Below are positions 37,477 through 45,791 of a DNA stretch of 45,791 bases, one piece after another. The stretch's first letter is position 1. Each line of letters starts with the position of its first letter. The notes under the pieces were generated by a model. The model did no database searches. It was not told where the DNA came from and saw only the letters and a list, made by a program, of their open reading frames with translations. Made by a program: the position numbers and the translations under genes. Source of the stretch: Octopus sinensis (taxonomy: Eukaryota); assembly GCF_006345805.1 (NCBI RefSeq), contig NW_021834985.1, positions 1-45,791 on the forward strand. Reading direction: 5' to 3'.

Positions 37477-38296
37477 GTAAACTTTGCAAGAAGTGACAAC
37501 GAAGTTCGGCATGCACACAAGTGATGATGGCAAACAAGCAGAATTTTCGAAGTCACTGCCAACCTTTTCTTTGTAAATATCAACAAACATATAAAAATAT
37601 GCTCTACTTAAAAGTGTTGAGTCATCTTTTAGTTTAATACTAAATGGTTTTCATATTCTTATATATTGCTTGACATAAAAACAAATATAATACCTTAATA
37701 AATAAATACATAAATGCACATAAATTTATATATACATATATATATAATAAATATATATATAATATAAATATATATATATATATAATATATATATATATAA
37801 TCCATTCATACTTACATACGCATATGCATACATTATGCATGCATACATGAATACACTCATGAGGATGATGTCTGTATTATATATATATATATATATAATA
37901 TATATATATATATATTCATCATCATCGACGCTAAATGATGATGATATATAAATATCATATATATATACATACATACATAAAATATATAAACTATAATATA
38001 TATATATATACATATAAATATATAAATACTATTATATATATATATATAATACATAAATGTATATATCTATATATACATACATACATATATACATATATGT
38101 ATATATATATACATACATACATATATACATATTGTATATACATATAGTATATATATCTATATACATAACATACATATATACATAATAGTATATATATATA
38201 CTATATATAAATTATATATTATATATAATATATGTATGTATATATATATATATGTATATATGTATATATATAATATGTATATATGTTGTATGTATG

Positions 38297-38338
<42 letters not shown>

Positions 38339-38677
38339 GATCATTATCATCGACGCTAAATGATGATGATAATAGATATATATATATACATATTACATAT
38401 AAATATATAAATAATATATATATATATTATACATATAAATATATAATATATATATATATATATATATTATACATAAATGTATATATTATATATACATACA
38501 CATATATACATATATGTATATATATACATACATACATATATACATATATGTATATATACATATAGTATATATATATATATACAACATACAATATACATAT
38601 ATGTATATATATAATATATATATATTATATATATATATAATATATATATAATATTGTATGTATATATATTATATATG

Positions 38678-38719
<42 letters not shown>

Positions 38720-38721
<2 letters not shown>

Positions 38722-39231
38722 AACACACAGGCATCGTCATCATCATGAGTACATGCATGTATGCATGCATGCATATATGTATGTATGCCCGTATGGATGT
38801 ATGTACGAATGGATTATGTATGTTATTACCACCGTTAATGAACGAATGAACAGAAGGAAGGTGGTGTGGGGGGGGAGAGTGTGAGAGGAAGGAGGTTGCA
38901 CTTGCACGTCAGTCAGTCAGTCAGTCACTCAGCAAGCAAGCAAGAAGAAAAAGGCAGAAAATATTAACGAAAGCCGGCGGAGCTATCACTATTGGCTTGA
39001 TTGACCAGTCAATCTAAAATGCCCAGAAGACACTGCTGTGGTCGTCGGCTGATGAATTCGTATAAAATATTTATGACCTTCGCTAACAACCAGGGAATTA
39101 AGACTCTTTACGACTCATCAATTGATAATAATTGAAGATCCGAACAGAACAGAAGAGAACACAGCAGAATTCACAATATCTTTATGTGTGTGGGTGTGGT
39201 GTACGTGTACATATGCATATACATATATATG

Positions 39232-39267
<36 letters not shown>

Positions 39268-39960
39268 CTATATATATATATATATATATAATATACTATA
39301 TATATATATATATATATTTGTATGTATGTATATATACATATAGTATATATATATATATACATACATACATAGTACATATATGTATATATATATATTATAT
39401 ATATATAATATATAATATATATATATATATGTATGTCTATATATATATAGTATATATATATATATATCTATATATATATATATATATATATACAAACACA
39501 CAGGCATCGTCATCATCATGAGTACATGCATGTATGCATGCATGCATATATGTATGTATGCCCGTATGGATGTATGTACGAATGGATTATGTATGTTATT
39601 ACCACCGTTAATGAACAAATGAACAGAGGAAGGTGGTGTGGGGGGGGAGAGTGTGAGAGGAAGGAGGTTGCACTTGCACGTCAGTCAGTCAGTCAGTCAC
39701 TCAGCAAGCAAGCAAGAAGAAAAAGGCAGAAAATATTAACGAAAGCCGCCGCCGGAGCTATCACTATTGGCTTGATTGACCAGTCAATCTAAAATGCCCA
39801 GAAGACACTGCTGTGGTCGTCGGCTGATGAATTCGTATAAAATATTATGACCTTCGCTAACAACCAGGGAATTAAGACTCTTACGACTCATCAATGATAA
39901 TAATTGAAGATCCGAACAGAACAGAAGAGAACACAGCAGAATTCACAATATCTTTATGTG
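38720..39960. repeat. Direct duplication of an about 470-bp unique segment (38720-39190 and 39493-39960), period 773 bp
   Basis: caaacacacaggcatcg at 38720 and 39493; differences are mostly 1-3 bp indels. Confidence 0.85.
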
Positions 39961-40002
39961 TGTGTGTGTGTGTACGTGTACATATGCATATACATATATA
40001 TG

Positions 40003-40038
<36 letters not shown>

Positions 40039-40245
40039 CTATATATATATATATATATATAATATACTATATATATATATATATATATTTGTATGTATGT
40101 ATATATATATGTATGTATTCTATGTATATATGTATCTATATATATATATATATAGATATGTATAGATATATACATATATATACTCAGTTTTCATTATATA
40201 TTCTCTATACGTATGCTACTAAATACACACTCACATGCACCTGCT

Positions 40246-40312
<67 letters not shown>

Positions 40313-40758
40313 AATAATTACAAATATATATAGACGCAAATTCATGCATACATGCATATATATATACGTATGCGCGCGTGTGAGTGTATGTGTATTTATA
40401 CGTATTGTATTTATACGTATACATATATGCATGTATGTATACATAAGTACATATATACATACAGTCACATGCATGTTTATATATACTGTATATAAGTCAT
40501 ATGCCCGTATATATATATATATATATAGATATATATAGATATATATATATATATACACACACACACATACATACGCACCCATACACATATATGTGTATGT
40601 ATGTCTTTGTGTGTGTATGTATGTACATATGCATGCATGTGTATGTATACTTTTAATTACGTTTATGCAGGTGCGTGCTCGCATACGCATGCAGTCGTAT
40701 GTATATTCACATGTATTCTTGTATATCTATGCACGTATATATATATATATATTGTATG

Positions 40759-40794
<36 letters not shown>

Positions 40795-41294
40795 ATATAT
40801 AATATATATACATGCGTGTTGGTAAAATGCAAGCCTCTTCTCTGAAGACGTGTCCACCACACACAACACCAACACAACAACAACCACTATCACACCAGAA
40901 TAACCCTCACCACCACACGAAGCCCTGCCTCTCGTGATCCTGCTTGTATAAATCACTAGAGTTGTGACGTCGACGTGGTCAGTGAAATGATTTGTGGCGT
41001 TTCATTTTATGTTTTTTTTACTTATTTATTTTTTTTATTTGTTTATTTATTTATGTATTTATTTATTTGTCTATTTATTTATTTATTTATTTTGTTGCCG
41101 TCACATTTCAGATCGCCGTAAAACCAAGATGGCGATATAATTTCTGCTGTTCCCACGATAATACGGACATACAGAGTCTAATTTTTCATATCATCCATGA
41201 CAGTTCATAAGATTTCATTCAATCAACCATGCAAAAGCCTGAAACTTCAGCTGACGTTTCGGCGTCAATTTAAATTGATATTTCCACCAACTTC

Positions 41295-41337
41295 ATAACT
41301 ACTACTACTACTACTACCACCACCACCACCACCACTG

Positions 41338-41380
<43 letters not shown>

Positions 41381-41739
41381 CACTACTACTGCTGCTGCTA
41401 TTATTATTACTACTACTACTATTACTACTATTACTACTACTACTACTATTACTACTATTACTACTATTACTACTACTGCTGCTGCTGCTGCTATTACTCC
41501 AACTACTACTACTACAAAGCTACTACTACAATTACTACAACAACAACTATTACTACTACTACTGCTACTGCTGCTACTGCTGCTGCTACTGCTGCTACTG
41601 CTGCTGCTAGTTCTACTACTACTACTACTACAATTACTACAACAACTACTACTACTACTATTACTACAACTACTATTACTACTTCTGCTGCTGCTGCTAG
41701 AGTTGCTACTATTATTACCACCACTACTATTATTAAAGC

Positions 41740-41773
<34 letters not shown>

Positions 41774-41800
41774 TGCTGTTGTTGTTGTTGTTGTTGTATT
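41295..41800. repeat. (CTA)/(CTG)/(CAA) trinucleotide mosaic switching to (TAG)/(TTG)
   Basis: Direct reading. Confidence 0.9.
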
Positions 41801-41802
41801 GA

Positions 41803-42225
41803 AAGGCAGCGAGCTAGCAAAATCGTTAAGCACGCCGGACAAAATGCTTAGCGGCAATTTTTCCGGTTTCACGATTTCACTTCAAATACCACCGAGGTCG
41901 TGTTTGCCATTCATCCTTTCCCGATTGATGAAAACATTAGTTGAACGCCTGGGTCGATGTAATCGAATATCCCCCCACCCACCCCCCGCTCCGATTCTAC
42001 ATTTTCAGGCCCTGTGCTTATGAATAGAAAGGGCTGTTTAAATCAGCATGCTGGCAGAATCGTTAGCACGCCGGACAAAATGTTTAGCAGCATTGCTCTC
42101 TCCTCTTAATAATCTGAGTTCAAATTCCGACGATGTTCGCTTTACCTTTCATCCTTCTGGAGTCGATAGAATAAGCATCAATCAAGCACTACAGTCGAGG
42201 TAATTGACTTGCCTCTCCTGCGAAA
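41803..42225 (+). mobile_element. Two head-to-tail SINE-A copies
   Basis: Heads aggcagcgagctagc (about 41803) and gctggcagaatcg (about 42050). Confidence 0.7.
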
Positions 42226-42359
42226 ATTGGTGGTGGTGGTGGTGGTATGGTGGTGTGGTGGTGGTGGCGCGGCGGCGGCGGCGGTGGTTGGTGGTCGTTG
42301 TCATGATAGTGGTGATGATTGGTGGGGTAGTGGTTGTAAACTAAGTGATAAATTAAGCC

Positions 42360-42510
42360 TGCTGAGTTCAAACTCCGCCGAGGTCGACTTTGCCCTTCAT
42401 CGTTTCGGGGTCGATAAATTAAGTACCAGTGACGCACTGAGTCGATGTAATTGACTTAATCCGTTTGTCTGTTCCTCTATGTTTAGCCCCTTGTGGGCAA
42501 TAAAGAAATA
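42360..42510 (+). mobile_element. SINE-A2, 5'-truncated monomer
   Basis: ctgagttcaaactccgccgagg...ccccttgtgggcaataaagaaata; no TSD seen and not followed by GGT. Confidence 0.75.
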
Positions 42511-43318
42511 TATCATCACCACCAACAACAGTAGTGGTAGCAGTAGAGTAGCAGCATTACTAGCACATTTGCCATGGCCATTTTTTCTTGCCAGCACCGT
42601 ACCACCTTTTTAGTCCTTCCTCACTATAGATTCCGCCAACAACAGCTTTCACTCTATCAGATACGATATCAGATAATATCAAATGATAGGTTATGATATA
42701 ACAATATATATATATATATATTATTTACTGGATGATTCTCTCATCACCACGGGTGTTGAGCGCTCTCCCGTACTTGTTAAAATCTTTAAAATAGTAATCA
42801 GTGACAAGTATTATGTGTCTATCTATTTTTCTGATTGTCGTTTAGCTTTACGTCTATCTATCTTACCACATAATTATTTCTTGTTGGAGACCATTTATTA
42901 AATGTCTGTCAACACTAAACCTATTCGTTAATCCGACTTATTCGGCACATAATTATTTCTATTTCGCTTTTCGTATTTCGTTTGCAAGATTCTTGATGTG
43001 AGCTCGTGTGTTGAAACATATTTTACTGTATCTCAGGAGGATATTTATGCTAACCTGTACCTGAGAGAGCATGTCACTGAACAGTTCGCAAATGGCGAGA
43101 AAGAAATGTGACGATCACAATTGATTAATTGATTGATTAACCGAATGCTTAATCAGGTAATTAATTCGTAAAATAGCTAACCGATTGAGAATAATAAAGA
43201 AGTAAAAATAGAACCCCTGCGTATACTTATTAATGGCATAATGACCCTCCCGAGATTAAACAATTATTTTTAATTCGGCGTCTAATGGCCTTACGTTAAA
43301 TGCAGGGATGAGTAAAAG

Positions 43319-43522
43319 TAGGCGCAGGCGTGGCTGCGTGGTAAGAAGTTTGTTTCCCAACCACATGGTTCTGGGTTCAGTCTCACTACATGGCACCTTG
43401 GACAAGTATCTTCTACGATAGCCACGGGCCGAACAAAGCCTTGTGAGTGGATTTGGCAGACGGAAACTGAAAGAAGGGCCGTTATATTTAAAATATATCA
43501 TAATATATATATATATATACAT

Positions 43523-43581
<59 letters not shown>

Positions 43582-43770
43582 TGTGTGTCCGTCCATCACC
43601 GCTGACAACCGGTGCTGGCTGTGTTACGTTCTCGTAACTTAGCAGTTCGGCAATAGAGATCGATAGAAAAAGTACTAGGCTTAAAAATATAGGTCCTGGG
43701 GTCGATTTTTTTCGACTAAAACCCTTCAAGACGGTGCTCCAGCACGGCCGCAGCCAAATGACTGAAACAA
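43319..43770 (+). mobile_element. SINE-B, full length, diverged
   Basis: aggcgcaggcgtggctgcgtggtaag...spacer...gcacggccgcagccaaatgactgaaac. Confidence 0.85.
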
Positions 43771-43930
43771 TTAAAAAAACACGAAAGAACACTGATTTAG
43801 CTGCAATTTTCTTTCCATGTCGTGCGCAGGTTTGTGTGTATTCGTCTTAGTTCGCTAACCCAGTAATTCAGGTGCGTGCGTGCGTGTGTGGTGTGTGTTT
43901 GCCTGTGTGTGTGCGTGCGCGCATTCATTT

Positions 43931-44282
43931 TTTTTTTTTAGACCCCCTTCGGTCACGACATAGACCATGGGATTGCACCGAGAGAGTTACCCTCTGAGGC
44001 ACAAGTCCGGACAAGGTTGTTTATGGAAGACCAGCAGTCGCCCATGCATACCGGCCTCCACTCTCCACGCCACCAGTGTTATCCAAAGGTAAGGCAAAAG
44101 GGGCCGATACAGCTTGGCACCTGTGATCTGGCAACTCATTTCTACAGCTGAGTGAACTGGAGCAGCATAAAATAAAGTGTCTTGCTCAAGAATGCAACAC
44201 GCAGCCCGGTCTGGGATTCGAACTCACGACCTCACGATCGTAAGCTCGACGTTCTAACCACTGAGCCATGCGCCTTCACATT
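43931..44282 (-). mobile_element. tRNA-derived CORE-like SINE (family E) with short poly(A) and 11-bp TSD
   Basis: Minus strand ggcgcatggctcagtggttagaacg...gagttcgaatccc...cttgagcaagacacttt; cgcattcattt at 43920-43930 and 44283-44293. Confidence 0.85.
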
Positions 44283-44380
44283 CGCATTCATTTGCTTTCG
44301 TAGTTATTCAACATGTGAGGATAGGGGTATTTTCTTCTGCTAAGTTTTCATTGAGTGTCTATGTACGTGTGTTGATTACT

Positions 44381-44763
44381 GAGGCGCAATGGCCCAGTGG
44401 TTAGGGCAGCGAACTCGCGGTCGTAGGATCGCGTTTCGATTTCCAGACCGCGGGCGTTGTGAGTGTTTATTGAGCGAAAACACCTAAAGCTCCACGAGGC
44501 TCCGGCAGGGGATGGTGTGATCCCTGCTGTACTCTTTCACCACAAACTTTCTCTCACTCTTACTTCCTGTTTCTGTTGTTACCTGTATTTCAAGGGCGGC
44601 CTTGTCACTCTCTGTGTCACGCTGAATATCCCCAAGAACTACGTTAAGGGTGCACGTGTCTGTGGAGTGCTCAGCCACTTACACGTTAATTTCACGAGCA
44701 GGCTGTTCCGTTGATTCGGATCAACCGGAACCCTCGTCGTCGTAACCGACGGAGTGCTTCCAC
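44381..44763 (+). mobile_element. tRNA-derived SINE (family D)
   Basis: gaggcgcaatggcccagtggttagggc (A box), gtttcgatttcc (B box), about 300-bp body with no cloverleaf 3' arm. Confidence 0.75.
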
Positions 44764-45147
44764 GTGTGTGTGTGTGAGAGAGAGAGAGTGAGAGACAGAC
44801 AGACAGACAGAGACAGAGATAGACAGACAAAGAGAGAGACTGCGTTACAGAGAGAAAATTATATAATATTCGTTAGCGAGTTCATAGTTTTCGTTGCGTG
44901 TGTTTTTATGCTTTCTATGTCTACGCATGCGTGTGTGCATGCGTGTTTATTTACATGTGTTACGTATGCATGTGCGTGTGTGCGCGCGCATCTGTGTGTG
45001 CGAGTGTATGCGTGCGTGCGTGTGTGTGTGTGTATGTGTGTGTGTGTGTGTGTGCGTGTGTGCGTATCTGCGTATGTTTTCCTTTATCCGGAGAGAACGA
45101 GGCACGTCAATGAAAAATTAAGATTCGTTGAACAAAAACTCTGGGCA

Positions 45148-45365
45148 TTTACTCTTTACTCTTTTACTTGTTTCAGTTACTTGACTGCGGCCATGCTGGA
45201 GCACCGCCTTTAGTCGAGCAAATCGACCCCAGGACTTATACTTTTGTAAGCCCAGTACTTATTCTATCGGTGTCTTTTTGCCGAACAGCTAAGTAACGGG
45301 GACATAAACACACCAGCATCGGTTGTCAAGCAATGCTAGGGGGACAAACACAGACACACAAACAT

Positions 45366-45397
<32 letters not shown>

Positions 45398-45629
45398 GCT
45401 GGTGTGTTTACGTCCCCGTAACTTAGCTGTTCGGCAAAAAGAGACCGATTTATATATATATACACATATATACGACGGGCTTCTTTCAGTTTCCGTCTAC
45501 CAAATCATCTTAGAAGGCTTTGGTCGGCCTGAGGCTATAGTAGATGACACTTGCCCATGGTGCCACGCAGTGGGACTGAACCCGGAACTATATGGTTGGT
45601 AAGCAAGCTACTTACCACACAGCCACTCC
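45148..45629 (-). mobile_element. SINE-B, full length, with an inverted internal duplication
   Basis: Both halves present; 45396-45449 is the reverse complement of 45266-45319 with 3 mismatches. Confidence 0.85.
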
Positions 45630-45791
45630 AACGAATATGGTTACATAGTTTTAAATGCCGTTATAGTTGTTTAACACCAGTATAACGCTAATCCTGCAAG
45701 TCTATGTCCAATGGTTCCAGCGGTGACCATCTCGTCTTATTTTTAGACACAGTGTATCTAGGACTACATTATCCTATATACCCAACGGTTT

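Noticed and set aside
34809-37590. Long ORFs of 300-460 aa on both strands
   Set aside because: Translations of (CATA)n-type repeats that lack stop codons; open in many frames at once.
43931-44763. tRNA genes
   Set aside because: A/B boxes are present but the heads continue into SINE bodies and lack a complete acceptor stem; treated as SINEs.

Overview
Eukaryotic, extremely repeat-rich DNA with no confidently callable host gene; most likely intronic or intergenic. The SINE families, Dong/R4 LINE and microsatellite load look like an Octopus (coleoid cephalopod) genome, which is my inference and not a database result. Contents: about 20 copies of one tRNA-derived SINE family (here SINE-A), about 11 copies or half-copies of a CORE-like SINE with an internal microsatellite (SINE-B), three further tRNA-SINEs, a 5'-truncated R4/Dong non-LTR retrotransposon inside a (TAA)n tract, two copies of a non-coding (TAA)n-flanked element, RTE, mariner and probable Penelope remnants, and several tandem arrays and cryptic microsatellites. 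Nearly all ORFs in the supplied track are microsatellite artefacts. The most interesting signal is a SINE-A subfamily (A2) that occurs as one head plus 1-4 tandem 184-bp bodies. All four TSD-flanked copies have target duplications starting GGT, the motif at which the internal junction lies, which suggests a self-targeting or self-concatenating SINE. It sits among other retroelements that appear to colonise each other's microsatellite tails. Family labels A-H are my own; coordinates of degraded copies are approximate.
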